A program made the position numbers and the translations under genes. 47,694 bases of DNA from contig CAZYPO010000004.1 in the NCBI GenBank assembly GCA_964649225.1, forward strand, positions 44,825 through 92,518, given 5' to 3'. This document shows positions 1 to 9,215 of the stretch, in pieces (within the stretch, counting starts at the first letter, position 1; the number at the start of each line of letters is the position of its first letter). A model generated the notes under the pieces. The model had not been told where the DNA came from. It ran no database searches and saw nothing but the letters and a program-made list of their open reading frames with translations. Source of the stretch: an uncultured Gemmatimonas sp. (GTDB lineage Bacteria > Gemmatimonadota > Gemmatimonadetes > Gemmatimonadales > GWC2-71-9).

Positions 1-55
1 TGACGACCCGGGCGGGTACGGCGTGGCCGGTTCCGAGGACGAGGCTGCGCAATAG
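1..55 (+). CDS. 3' end of an unidentified CDS (partial)
   Basis: Frame from nt 2 reads DDPGGYGVAGSEDEAAQ then TAG at 53-55, convergent on the next gene; too short to identify. Confidence 0.35.
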   Translation, partial: DDPGGYGVAGSEDEAAQ

Positions 56-62
56 AAGCTCC

Positions 63-161
63 GGGAGCAGGGAGCAGGGAGGAGGGAAGCTCGCGCAGGA
101 CAGGCCCTCCAGCAAGGCGCTTCCCGGATCTCCTGCTACCTGCTCCCTGCTCCCTCCTCCC
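63..161. repeat. Inverted heptamer arrays (GGGAGCA)n ... (TGCTCCC)n, potential long hairpin downstream of the permease
   Basis: gggagca gggagca gggagga gggaagc at 63-90; tgctacc tgctccc tgctccc tcctccc at 134-161. Confidence 0.8.
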
Positions 162-1375
162 TACTCGTACCGCAACGCGTCAATCGTATTCAGAGTCGCG
201 GCGCGCCAGGCTGGCCAGAGCCCGAAGGCCAGTCCGACCAAGGCGCTGAACGCAAAGGCGACGGCAACCGACACCGGCGAAATAATCGTGTCGAACCCGG
301 CGAGCTTCTTCAGCAGCCACGCACCAGCGCCGCCGGTGAGGACGCCAAGCGCTCCACCCATGAGACAGAGCACCAGGGCTTCGATCAGGAATTGCTGCAT
401 GACCGTCATGCGCGTCGCGCCCAGCGCCTTGCGGACGCCGATCTCGCGGGTCCGTTCGGTGACCGAGACCAGCATGATATTCATGATGCCGATCCCGCCG
501 ACGAGCAGCGAAACGCCCGCGATACTGCCGAGGAGGACCTTAAAGGTATTGGCGGTGTCCTGCTGGGTGGCAAGGATGTCCTGCTGATTCCTGATCTGGA
601 AATCGTTGTCACCGCCCGGACGGACCTTGTGCTCCCGCCGGAGCACCCGCTCAATGTCCACCATCCCCTGGTCCAGGGTGACCCCGTCGCGCACCAGCAC
701 CGCGATGCCGCGCAGCCGATCGGTGCCGAAAATCCGGTAGCGGGCGGTACTCAGCGGAATGACGATTTGCTCGTCCTGATTGCCACCCATGCCCGTGCTT
801 CCCTTCGGGTTCAGGATGCCGATCACCTCGAAGGATTGGCCGCGGATCTGAATCGTCTGATGGATCAGTGCCGCGGGATTCACGTCGAGCAGAGTGGGCA
901 CTGAGGCGCCGAGCACGGCGTAGCGCTGCCTGGCGCCGTCATCGCCCTCGGTAAACATGCGTCCGTAGGGCACCTCGAAGTTGCGGACCCGGGCAAAATT
1001 CGGGGTCGCTCCGAGGATGTTGACGTTGAGATTCTTGTTGCCGTACTTCACTTGCAAGGAACGGTTCATCTCGGGCTCGACCGCCGAGAGCAGGTGGGCA
1101 TCCTGGGCCAGCGCCTCTGCATCCTTGACCGTGAGACTCACCCGCACGTCGCTGGCCCGGCCCCCGAAGAACGACTGTCCGGGGTTGATGGTTAGCAAGT
1201 TCGCGCCGAGCGCCTGGATTCGCGCCTCGATCTTGCGTTGCGCGCCGGTTCCGATGGCCACTACGGCGATGACCGCCGCCACGCCGATAATGATCCCCAG
1301 CATGGTGAGCAGAGCCCTGAGCTTATGGTCGCGGATGCTGGAAAAAGCCACCCGGACCGTTTCGCCGATCATCAT
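161..1375 (-). CDS. MacB/FtsX-family ABC transporter permease
   Basis: LRALLTMLGIIIGVAAVI N-terminal TM, large periplasmic domain, VGGIGIMNIMLVSVTERTREIGVRKALGA motif, C-terminal ALRYE. Confidence 0.95.
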   Translation of the reverse strand: MMIGETVRVAFSSIRDHKLRALLTMLGIIIGVAAVIAVVAIGTGAQRKIEARIQALGANLLTINPGQSFFGGRASDVRVSLTVKDAEALAQDAHLLSAVEPEMNRSLQVKYGNKNLNVNILGATPNFARVRNFEVPYGRMFTEGDDGARQRYAVLGASVPTLLDVNPAALIHQTIQIRGQSFEVIGILNPKGSTGMGGNQDEQIVIPLSTARYRIFGTDRLRGIAVLVRDGVTLDQGMVDIERVLRREHKVRPGGDNDFQIRNQQDILATQQDTANTFKVLLGSIAGVSLLVGGIGIMNIMLVSVTERTREIGVRKALGATRMTVMQQFLIEALVLCLMGGALGVLTGGAGAWLLKKLAGFDTIISPVSVAVAFAFSALVGLAFGLWPAWRAATLNTIDALRYE

Positions 1376-2952
1376 TAGCTGCCACCTCCCGGGGGACGGC
1401 CGCCACCACCACCACCACCACCGGTGGTCGGCCTGGCCGTGGTGCCTCCAGGGACCACGCCGCCGATGAACTGCTGGGCGCGGGTCTTGGCCTCGTTCTG
1501 CGACTGGACCAGACTCGCGCTAGGCAAGACCAGCACCGAATCAGTCGCCGTCAAGCCATTCACGACCTCGCTGTAATCCAGGTCGGTCAGGCCGGTGCGG
1601 ATGTACACCGGTATCGGCTGCCCGTTCCGCATGGTGAAGACGAGGTAGTCACCCCCGAACTGAAAATCGCTGCCTCCGCGCTGCCGTCCGGCGCCGAAGC
1701 CCTCGCCGCCACCGCCGAATCCACGGCTGCCCCCACCACCCATGGCGCCGCTCCCCCGCAACTTCTGCATGATCGCCTGGTCCGCCGACGTCAGCTCCTC
1801 GCGGCTGCGGAACTTGGCGAACACCGCATCCACCTGTTTGGCGGTCACCCCCGCGGGCAGTTGAATCTCGCGACCATTCTGCATGGTGTAGCTGTTGCCC
1901 GCCGGCTTCCTGGCAATGGTATCGACCTTGACGGTATCCGTGAGTGGAGTGCGTGCGGCAAGTGCGGACCGCAAGGAATCCCGGCGCTTCAGCGCATCCG
2001 CCAGCAGCGTCCTGAGCTGGTCGTCGGGGATTCCAAGCACCTGGGCGGCGCTGGCCACGTCGCGCTGGGTGCGCAACGCCGCGTTGGGGACGGCGAGCAC
2101 ACTGTCGCGCTGCCCAATGTGGATTTCCACGTCAGCGTTCATGCCGGGCTTGAGCAGCCCGGTCTGGTTCTGGATCCGCACCAGCACCGGAAACATCGTG
2201 ACGTTCTGCGCGGTCTCCGCGAGGGGCTCGATTTTGAGGACCTCGCCCTGGAACGGCTGGTTCGGATAGGCGGCCACGGTCACTGTGGTACGGAGACCAC
2301 GTCGGATTTTCCCCATATCGGTTTCGTCCACCAGAGTACGGACCTGGACGAGGTTGAGATCCGCCATCTTGAGGAGCACGGTGCCGCCGCCCACATCGGT
2401 GGAAGGCGAAGAGATAACCTGACCCCGCTCGACGCTCTTTGAAATGATCGTCCCGGTGATCGGGGCCAGGACCCGGGTGTCCTCCATGGCGATCTTGGCG
2501 TTTTCGACCGAGACCTGCGCGCTGACCACCGTGGCCTTCGCGTTGGCGACGGCGAGCACGGCGTTCTCGTGCTCTTCCTGCGAGATCGATTGGGACTTGA
2601 ACAGCTCATCGGCGCGCTTGCGCTGCGCCTCAGCGTTCTCCAAGCGCGCCCTGGCCACCTCAAGGTCGGCGGCCGACTGGTTCAGCCGGTTCCGGGGTGT
2701 GCGCTGGTCGACCAGCACCAGGAGCGTGCCATGCTCGACCGTCTGGCCGGTCTCGGCCTTCATGTCGAGAATCTCACCCGAGGCCTTGGACTTCACCTCG
2801 ACGACCGTATCGGGCTGGACGGTCCCGGTCGCGCGGGCGGAGACGATGATGTTGCGCCGTTCCACCGGCACTTTCACCCAGGCGGTGACCTTCGGCTTCT
2901 CCTTGCAGCCGGCGGCGAGGAGCAGCGCGAAGGAGAGGGTGCGGGTACGCAT
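1375..2952 (-). CDS. MacA/HlyD-like periplasmic adaptor subunit (lipoprotein)
   Basis: Lipobox LAAGC, VEVKSKASGEI and APITGTII lipoyl halves, coiled coil, LKPGMNADV, Gly-rich insert and tail. Confidence 0.92.
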   Translation of the reverse strand: MRTRTLSFALLLAAGCKEKPKVTAWVKVPVERRNIIVSARATGTVQPDTVVEVKSKASGEILDMKAETGQTVEHGTLLVLVDQRTPRNRLNQSAADLEVARARLENAEAQRKRADELFKSQSISQEEHENAVLAVANAKATVVSAQVSVENAKIAMEDTRVLAPITGTIISKSVERGQVISSPSTDVGGGTVLLKMADLNLVQVRTLVDETDMGKIRRGLRTTVTVAAYPNQPFQGEVLKIEPLAETAQNVTMFPVLVRIQNQTGLLKPGMNADVEIHIGQRDSVLAVPNAALRTQRDVASAAQVLGIPDDQLRTLLADALKRRDSLRSALAARTPLTDTVKVDTIARKPAGNSYTMQNGREIQLPAGVTAKQVDAVFAKFRSREELTSADQAIMQKLRGSGAMGGGGSRGFGGGGEGFGAGRQRGGSDFQFGGDYLVFTMRNGQPIPVYIRTGLTDLDYSEVVNGLTATDSVLVLPSASLVQSQNEAKTRAQQFIGGVVPGGTTARPTTGGGGGGGGRPPGGGS

Positions 2953-3704
2953 CAGGACCTTTCCGGTGTAGCGACGTCGCGCTCGACCATGCCGTCCTTG
3001 AGATGGACCTGACGGCGAGCGTGCGCGGCGATGTCGTGTTCGTGAGTCACGAGGATGATGGTCTGTCCCTCCGTGTAGAGCTGTTCGAAGAGCGTCAGGA
3101 TCTCCTCGCTGGTCTTGGAGTCGAGGTTCCCCGTGGGCTCGTCGGCCAGGATGATGCTGGGATGATTCACCAGCGCGCGCGCGATGGCGACGCGTTGGCG
3201 CTGGCCGCCGGAGAGCTCATTGGGACGGTGGGTCATGCGATCGCCCAGCCCTACCCGCTGCAGCGCTTCGGAGGCCGCCTTGCGCCGCTCCTTGGAGGAG
3301 GTGCCGCCGTAGATCAACGGCAACTCGACGTTCTGCAGCGCCGTCGCGCGAGGCAGCAGGTTGAAGGTCTGGAAGACGAAGCCGATTTCCCGGTTACGAA
3401 TCCGGGCCAGCTCGTCGTCGCCGAGCTCGGAGACCCGGTGGCCGTTGAGCCAGTACTCCCCTTCACTGGGCGAATCGAGGCAGCCGATCAGGTTCATCAG
3501 CGTGGACTTGCCCGAGCCCGAGGGCCCCATGATGGCGACGAATTCGTTGCGGCGGATGGTGACGTCCACCCCGCGGAGGGCGCGCACGGTCTCGCTGCCC
3601 ATCACGTAATCGCGCTTGAGATCGCGGACCACGATCACCGCATCGCTCGGCACGTCGGGGGGAAGCGCCCCCATCCGCTCTTTCGGCTTGGATACGGCGG
3701 TCAC
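2952..3704 (-). CDS. ABC transporter ATP-binding protein (LolD/MacB type)
   Basis: Walker [38 protein letters not shown]. Confidence 0.96.
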   Translation of the reverse strand: MTAVSKPKERMGALPPDVPSDAVIVVRDLKRDYVMGSETVRALRGVDVTIRRNEFVAIMGPSGSGKSTLMNLIGCLDSPSEGEYWLNGHRVSELGDDELARIRNREIGFVFQTFNLLPRATALQNVELPLIYGGTSSKERRKAASEALQRVGLGDRMTHRPNELSGGQRQRVAIARALVNHPSIILADEPTGNLDSKTSEEILTLFEQLYTEGQTIILVTHEHDIAAHARRQVHLKDGMVERDVATPERS

Positions 3705-5011
3705 AAGGGCCTCCCGATCAGGGCGGAGATCTGCGCACGGGCGCGGACGTAGTCGAAGCGGGCGGTCACCGAATCCACCTCGGCCTGGTTAAGCGCCTCC
3801 TGCGAGGTGAGCACGTCCACGATGGTGGCGGCACCCAGGCGGTAGCGCTCCTGCTGCACCCGGAGATCCTCCGTGGCGGCCAGCACGCTGGTCTGGGTGA
3901 TGGCGATGCGGAGCCGGGCGGCTTCCAGCGCGGCGACGTCGGCGGTGAAGGTGGCGAGGACCTGGCGCCGCGCCTCCGCGGCATTGGCCTCGGCGGTCTC
4001 GGCGCTCACCTGCGAGTTGACGATGCTCTGCTCGCGCTGGAAGCGATTGAAGATCGGCCAGCTGAGCCCGAGGTTCAGCTGCCGGCCCTGGAGGAAGTCG
4101 TAGTCATTGGCGCGGCTGCCGTTGAGCGACATCGAGCCCGACAGGTTGAGGGTCGGGAAATATGCCGCCTTGGCCACGCGGATCCCGGCGTGCGCCGAGG
4201 CCGCGCTCGCTTCGGCGGCTTTCACGGAAGGAGCCTGGGCCATCGCTTCGGCGCGCAGCCCTGCCGTATCGACGGCCGCGAGCACGCCGTACAGCGAGGA
4301 ATCCTCCACCGCACCCACCGGTCCGTCCTCGCCGACCAGGCGGCCCAGGTCCGCTTCGGCGGTGGCGAGCGCAGTCTGCGCGTTGATCAGCTGGAGCTGC
4401 GCGTTGCCCAGGGTGACCACCGAGCGCAGCGAGTCGGGCCGGATGCCCCGCCCGGCGTGCAGCAACGCCACCGAAACCTTGAGCTGTTCCTCCGCGCGCC
4501 GGACGCTCGCCTCACGGACCCGCAGCAACTGCTCAGCCGCGAGCACATCGAAGAATTGATTGGTGGTGGTGAGCTGCTGATTGTTCAGCGCATTCGCCAA
4601 GCTCGCCTCCGCCGCGTCCCGATTGGCGTTGGCGGCCTTTTTCTCATTGCCGCGCCGGAATCCGGTAAAGAGGTCGACGTTCGAGCTGATGCTGTTGGTG
4701 ACGCTCTGATTCGTCGAGTTGCCGTTGATTACCTGCCCGGTGTTCGGATCGACGCGCTGCGGACCCTCGGAAAAGCTGCGGCCGATCCCGCTGCTGAACG
4801 ACAGGCTGGGGAGGAAGGCGGCCGTGGCCGAGCGCTGGCGGGCCTGCGAGTTGCGCAGCGTCCCGAAGGCTTGCACGACGCTGGGCTGCACCCGGTTGGC
4901 GCGCGCAATGGCCTCCGCGAGTGTCACCTTGGGATGCTGGGCTCCCGCCGCGCCGGCGAGCAGGAAGAAACTCACGGCAATCCAAAACGCAGGTCGCTTA
5001 CCGGCGGCCAT
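3701..5011 (-). CDS. TolC-family outer membrane efflux protein
   Basis: Start moved to ATG 5011 (GGAG RBS, signal peptide); two OEP repeats (FLPSLSF, YFPTLNL), [13 protein letters not shown]. Confidence 0.92.
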   Translation of the reverse strand: MAAGKRPAFWIAVSFFLLAGAAGAQHPKVTLAEAIARANRVQPSVVQAFGTLRNSQARQRSATAAFLPSLSFSSGIGRSFSEGPQRVDPNTGQVINGNSTNQSVTNSISSNVDLFTGFRRGNEKKAANANRDAAEASLANALNNQQLTTTNQFFDVLAAEQLLRVREASVRRAEEQLKVSVALLHAGRGIRPDSLRSVVTLGNAQLQLINAQTALATAEADLGRLVGEDGPVGAVEDSSLYGVLAAVDTAGLRAEAMAQAPSVKAAEASAASAHAGIRVAKAAYFPTLNLSGSMSLNGSRANDYDFLQGRQLNLGLSWPIFNRFQREQSIVNSQVSAETAEANAAEARRQVLATFTADVAALEAARLRIAITQTSVLAATEDLRVQQERYRLGAATIVDVLTSQEALNQAEVDSVTARFDYVRARAQISALIGRPL

Positions 5012-5375
5012 TCCTACTCCTGTCCATTTCGGCACGACGGAGGCTGTCCTGTCGCTGCAGCTGGGCGTACTTGGCTTTCTGCTCGGGCGAGAGCAGCGCG
5101 CTGATCTCATTCCGAATGAGCTGGCGTTCGGACTGGAACTGGGGGCGGAACAGTTGCCAGAGGGAGTCCATGGCGGGCTGATGCCGCTCCAGCACGACCT
5201 GGACGCTGTCGCGCTGCGCCGGGCTGAGACTCAGATCGGCGGCGAGGCGCTCGACGTAGCTCGGGCGCTTGTGCGCGCGGTGGTCCGCGATGGCGGTGAA
5301 GGCGCCACCGATGAGCCCGCCGAGCACAAAAGTGCCCACGAGCAGGAGCGCGGCCCCGCTGCGAGAACGGGTCAT
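4998..5375 (-). CDS. Small membrane-anchored Spy/CpxP-like periplasmic protein
   Basis: ATG 5375 overlaps upstream stop (ATGA); N-terminal TM; two LSPAQ/LSPEQ (LTxxQ-like) motifs. Confidence 0.7.
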   Translation of the reverse strand: MTRSRSGAALLLVGTFVLGGLIGGAFTAIADHRAHKRPSYVERLAADLSLSPAQRDSVQVVLERHQPAMDSLWQLFRPQFQSERQLIRNEISALLSPEQKAKYAQLQRQDSLRRAEMDRSRNGRR

Positions 5376-5719
5376 GGGCGCTCTCGCAAGGCGGACATAA
5401 TCTCGTCGACCGCAGGCGGCTGGGACGAGACCACGGCGTGCGTGGGCAGCGAAGCGACCATCACGCCGGGATCGACTGCGGGCTGGCTGCCCTCGAACCA
5501 GGCTCCCAGCCAGAGCAGCAGTCCGGCGGCAATCGCGAGGGCCATGACGCGCGGGCGCGCCCAATCGGCCAGCACGTCCCACTCATTGGCGCGGGGCGCG
5601 CCGGCCACTGCGCCGCGCATGCGGTGGAGAAACGCTTCCGGCGCCGGTCCGGTGAGCTGCTCGCGCAGCAAACGGCCCAGCGCTTCGTCGCGCTCTTGGT
5701 TGAACGGTGACTGCATCAT
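5372..5719 (-). CDS. Putative anti-sigma factor (single TM)
   Basis: Start overlaps the ECF sigma stop; ERDEALGRLLRE N-terminus, TM VMALAIAAGLLLWLGAW. Confidence 0.65.
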   Translation of the reverse strand: MMQSPFNQERDEALGRLLREQLTGPAPEAFLHRMRGAVAGAPRANEWDVLADWARPRVMALAIAAGLLLWLGAWFEGSQPAVDPGVMVASLPTHAVVSSQPPAVDEIMSALRERP

Positions 5720-6258
5720 TTCATTCCCTCCGCCAGTGTTCCCAGCACACGGCGCATGGCGCGCCGGGCGTGAAACACGTAGGACCGCACGGTCCCTTCG
5801 GGCACTCCCAGCGTCGCGGCGATTTCCGCGTGACCCCAACCTTCCGCATCGAACAGCACCAGCGCAATCCGCTGCCGCTCGGGCAGCTCCGCCAACCCCG
5901 CATCGATCCGGGCCCGGAGCAGCGAGGCTTCCGCCATTCGATCGGGCCCGAGTCCAGGGGACTCCAGGGTTTCGGCGATGGGCTCAGCGTGCCGGACCCG
6001 TCCCCTGCGACGGGCGTCGAGCGCGGCATTCACCACGATCCGCATCAGCCAGGGGCGGAACGGCCGGGCCACGTCGTAGCGTTCGATGGCGCGCCAGGCA
6101 GCGAGCATGCCCTCCTGGACCGCATCGTCGGCATCATCATCGTCGCGGAGGATGGCCCGTGCGGCGCGCCGCGCGGCCATACCGTGCCGGTCAATCAAGC
6201 GGCCGAACGCGTCGGAATCGCCGTGCGCGGCCGCCCGAGCCAGCTCGGCATCTTCCAC
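5716..6258 (-). CDS. ECF RNA polymerase sigma factor
   Basis: Region 2 DADDAVQEGMLAAWR...FRPWLMRIVVN; region 4 LPERQRIALVLFDAEGWGHAEIAATLGVPEGTVRS; GTG 6258 chosen as start. Confidence 0.93.
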   Translation of the reverse strand: MEDAELARAAAHGDSDAFGRLIDRHGMAARRAARAILRDDDDADDAVQEGMLAAWRAIERYDVARPFRPWLMRIVVNAALDARRRGRVRHAEPIAETLESPGLGPDRMAEASLLRARIDAGLAELPERQRIALVLFDAEGWGHAEIAATLGVPEGTVRSYVFHARRAMRRVLGTLAEGMK

Positions 6259-6265
6259 GTCGGAG

Positions 6266-6292
6266 TTACGCAGGGAGGGCTCCGCGCGTTGA
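6266..6292 (-). promoter_or_regulatory. Candidate ECF-type promoter TCAAC-N17-CGTAA
   Basis: Minus strand TCAAC gcgcggagccctccctg CGTAA, ending 7 nt before the sigma GTG; fits the AAC...CGT ECF consensus. Confidence 0.55.
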
Positions 6293-6347
6293 GGTCGTTG
6301 TCCTGTCGAAAGATACGTCGTGTCGCGAGTTCGAACGGCAGGTGTTT

Positions 6348-7742
6348 TCACTGGGTTTCTCGACCCCACGTCTCGAACCACGCGGCTGCGGCGAGCCAAA
6401 GCGCCATCACCGCGAAGACCCAGGCCATGACCCTCGGAAAGAACAAGAAGAGGATGCCCAGCCCCGCCAGCACGACGCTGTATTGCAGCAGAATCGTTCG
6501 GCGGGCACCGGCCGCGACGGCCCATACCGCCATCATGGCCCGACCCCGCCGCTCGCGGAGGCCGGGGCGATGCCGGAGTTTGTCTCCCGCCGGGTCCGAC
6601 GCCACCGCGGCGAGCTTGCGCCTCCGTCTGCCGGGCTGCGGATCGCGATAACGGATCTCGACGGATTGCTCGATGTCGCGCCGGAAGCGGGCTTCCATGG
6701 CCTGCCCGAGCTTGAGGTCATCCACCAGCACATCGAGCTCGTAATTCGCGAGCAGGCTGGAAAAGTTGAGATTGGTGGAGCCGATCCGCGTCCAGCGCCC
6801 ATCCGCCACGATCGTCTTGGCGTGCAGCATGGGACCGCGCCACTCGAAGATCCGCACCCCGGCCTCGAGCAGATCGCGATACCCGATGCGGGTCAGATTC
6901 TGCAGGTGGGTGAGATCGCTGGTTCCCGGCACCAGCAGCCGGATGTCCACCCCGCCGCGCGCGGCGTCGAGCAATCCGGAATAGATCGCGCGGGGAGCGA
7001 CGAGGTAGGCGTCGGTGATCCAGACCCGCTCCGCGGCGCCGGCCAGGAGCAGATCGGTGGCCCGAGAGGCGCGCATCCCGCCCGGCTCGCCGGCCAGGAT
7101 GCGAATGGCGGACTCCCCGCACGCGGGCACCTGGGCGGCCAGCTCCGACGCATCGAGCGGCGTCCCGATGTGCTGCCAGAGGTGCGCGAAGGCGTAATCG
7201 ATGGCGGCCGATGCGGGACCATCGATCGCGCACGCGGTATCCCGCCAGGGCTGCCGCTTCCCGGGGACGCCAGCCCATTCGTCACCGATGCAGTGCCCTC
7301 CGGTCACCGAGGTCTGGCCATCGACGACGAGCAGCTTGCGATGATCGCGAATCAGGTTGCGCCGGAGCCGGAGCGGACTGGGCGAGCCGAAGCTGCGGAC
7401 GGCGATGCCGGCGTCCCGCAAACTGCGCCAGAACCTGCGGCGGGTGGAGAGCGAGCCAAGCCAGTCGGTGATGACCCGGACTGCAACGCCGGCGCGCGCC
7501 CGCTCGATCAGCGCTTGAGCGAAGCGCCGGCCCGTCGCATCGCCGCGGATGATGTAGCTGTCGAGGTGGATCCAGCGGCGTGCGGCCGCGATCCGCTCCA
7601 GCATGGCGGGATAGATCTCGGGGCCATCGAAGAGAAGGGTGACGCGGTTTCCGGGAATGGGGCGGCTGCCCGCCGCCCGGTCCATCGCGCGCTCCACCAC
7701 CTCGGGGGGAAAGTCGTGCGTCTGCTTCGGGAGCGAAGTCAC
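6348..7742 (-). CDS. Phospholipase D family, cardiolipin synthase-like
   Basis: Two HKD motifs (HRKLLVVD, HAKTIVAD), WRDT motif, GSTNLN; C-terminal TM helices. Confidence 0.88.
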   Translation of the reverse strand: MTSLPKQTHDFPPEVVERAMDRAAGSRPIPGNRVTLLFDGPEIYPAMLERIAAARRWIHLDSYIIRGDATGRRFAQALIERARAGVAVRVITDWLGSLSTRRRFWRSLRDAGIAVRSFGSPSPLRLRRNLIRDHRKLLVVDGQTSVTGGHCIGDEWAGVPGKRQPWRDTACAIDGPASAAIDYAFAHLWQHIGTPLDASELAAQVPACGESAIRILAGEPGGMRASRATDLLLAGAAERVWITDAYLVAPRAIYSGLLDAARGGVDIRLLVPGTSDLTHLQNLTRIGYRDLLEAGVRIFEWRGPMLHAKTIVADGRWTRIGSTNLNFSSLLANYELDVLVDDLKLGQAMEARFRRDIEQSVEIRYRDPQPGRRRRKLAAVASDPAGDKLRHRPGLRERRGRAMMAVWAVAAGARRTILLQYSVVLAGLGILFLFFPRVMAWVFAVMALWLAAAAWFETWGRETQ

Positions 7743-8317
7743 GGCCCGCCAAGGCCCAGTACGCGCTCATGAGGACGCAACGCAGCGAGCAGAAGTCCGA
7801 TCAGGTCGTCGAGCGGCACCCCGAGCTCCGCGGCACCAGTTTGGACATCCTCGCGGCTCACCCCGCGGGCGAAGGCCTTGTCCTTGAGCTTTTTCTTGAC
7901 GCTCCCGACTTCCAAGTCGGCCAGGCTTCGGGACGGGCGCACCAGGGCGCAGGCCACCAGGAAGCCGCAGAGCTCGTCCACCGCGAACAGGGCTTGCGCG
8001 AGCGGGGTGGTGCGCGGCACCCCGGTGTAGGCGGCGTGGCCGAGAATGGCCTGCTGCGCCTCGTGCGACAAACCCTTCTCCGCCAGAATCCGCACGCCCT
8101 CCGAGGGGTGCTCGCGGTCGGGAGCGTGCCCGGCGTTGGGAAAGCGCTCGTAGTCAAAATCGTGCAGCAAGCCAACCACACCCCACTCCTCCGGATCGGC
8201 GTCGTAACGCCCGGCCATCGCACGCATCGCAAGCTCCACGGCGTACATGTGCTTTCGGAGCGCGTCCGAGGCGGTGTACTCGTGAAGGAGCTCGACGGCG
8301 GCTGCGCGGCTGATCAT
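7739..8317 (-). CDS. HD-domain metal-dependent hydrolase (HDIG-like)
   Basis: KHMYAVE, GLLHDFDY, ILGH, AVDELCG, KKKLKDKAFARGVSR. Confidence 0.85.
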   Translation of the reverse strand: MISRAAAVELLHEYTASDALRKHMYAVELAMRAMAGRYDADPEEWGVVGLLHDFDYERFPNAGHAPDREHPSEGVRILAEKGLSHEAQQAILGHAAYTGVPRTTPLAQALFAVDELCGFLVACALVRPSRSLADLEVGSVKKKLKDKAFARGVSREDVQTGAAELGVPLDDLIGLLLAALRPHERVLGLGGP

Positions 8318-8326
8318 CCCCCTGCC

Positions 8327-8746
8327 TCAGTGTTGCGTGGTCTGCTCCGCCGGCAGCTGGGATGCCGAGAGGGGCACCCGAATCGGGGGGCTGTTCGCCA
8401 TTGAGATCTCAAAGGCATAGACGCCAGGACGCGGCAGGGGCACGTCGAACACCAGTACCGCGCCGGCCTCGATCTCGGTGACGCCCGCGGGCGGCTCACC
8501 AAACTGCACGGTGCCTTCCCCGCCCATGAGCTCGGCACCGGCGTCATCCACGAAGCGGATCCGGATGGGGTGTTGTCCAATCTCGGTGCGGCGACCGCGT
8601 ACGCGGAGCACCAGATGGGTGCGGGGGTGAATGGCGGGGAAGCTTCCCACCCAGACGTGCTGGAAGATGCCGAGCACGGAGAGCTTGCCGTGCTGATCGA
8701 TGAGCGCGTAGTCGGCCAGGACCGCGAAGTCGACTTGCACGCTCAA
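8327..8746 (-). CDS. Conserved hypothetical beta-rich protein (DUF6941-like)
   Basis: [21 protein letters not shown]...[10 protein letters not shown] pattern; translationally coupled to the cyclophilin gene. Confidence 0.7.
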   Translation of the reverse strand: MSVQVDFAVLADYALIDQHGKLSVLGIFQHVWVGSFPAIHPRTHLVLRVRGRRTEIGQHPIRIRFVDDAGAELMGGEGTVQFGEPPAGVTEIEAGAVLVFDVPLPRPGVYAFEISMANSPPIRVPLSASQLPAEQTTQH

Positions 8747-9189
8747 GCGACCCTGATCGAGGTGATCAGGTCGTCTTGGCGAATCGAATTCACGACATCC
8801 ATGCCCGCGGTGACTTGCCCGAAGACGGTGTGCTTGCGATCAAGGTGTGACTGCGGCGAGTGGCAAACGAAGAACTGGCTCCCACCGGTGTCCTTGCCCG
8901 CATGCGCCATGGAGAGGGTTCCCGCCACATGGCGATGGGTATTGAGATGGGTCTCGCACCTGATCTGGTACCCCGGCCCGCCGGTACCCACGCGGGGATC
9001 GGAGGGATTCTTCGAGAGCGGGTCGCCCGCCTGAATCATGAAATCCGAGATGACGCGGTGAAACCGGGTTCCGTCATAGAACTTCGCATTGGCGAGCTTC
9101 TCGAAATTGGCGACAGTGCCGGGAACCTCGGTGTCGAAGAGCTCGGCGGTGATGGTTCCGCGGCTCGTCTCGATAACGGCCTTTTTCAT
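8743..9189 (-). CDS. Cyclophilin-type peptidyl-prolyl cis-trans isomerase
   Basis: [51 protein letters not shown]. Confidence 0.96.
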   Translation of the reverse strand: MKKAVIETSRGTITAELFDTEVPGTVANFEKLANAKFYDGTRFHRVISDFMIQAGDPLSKNPSDPRVGTGGPGYQIRCETHLNTHRHVAGTLSMAHAGKDTGGSQFFVCHSPQSHLDRKHTVFGQVTAGMDVVNSIRQDDLITSIRVA

Positions 9190-9215
9190 GTTGGTCTGGA
9201 GTCGGGGGTAGGAGG

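Noticed and set aside
1378-1445. (CCA)n repeats and a His6-ending plus-strand ORF
   Set aside because: These are poly-Gly codons of the adaptor C-terminal tail read on the opposite strand
4719-7772. 1017-aa plus-strand ORF
   Set aside because: Antisense shadow across five motif-supported minus-strand genes; no recognisable domain; expected in high-GC DNA
8314-8580. 88-aa minus-strand ORF overlapping the DUF6941-like gene
   Set aside because: Alternative frame with Ser/Pro/Arg-rich composition inside a better-supported CDS
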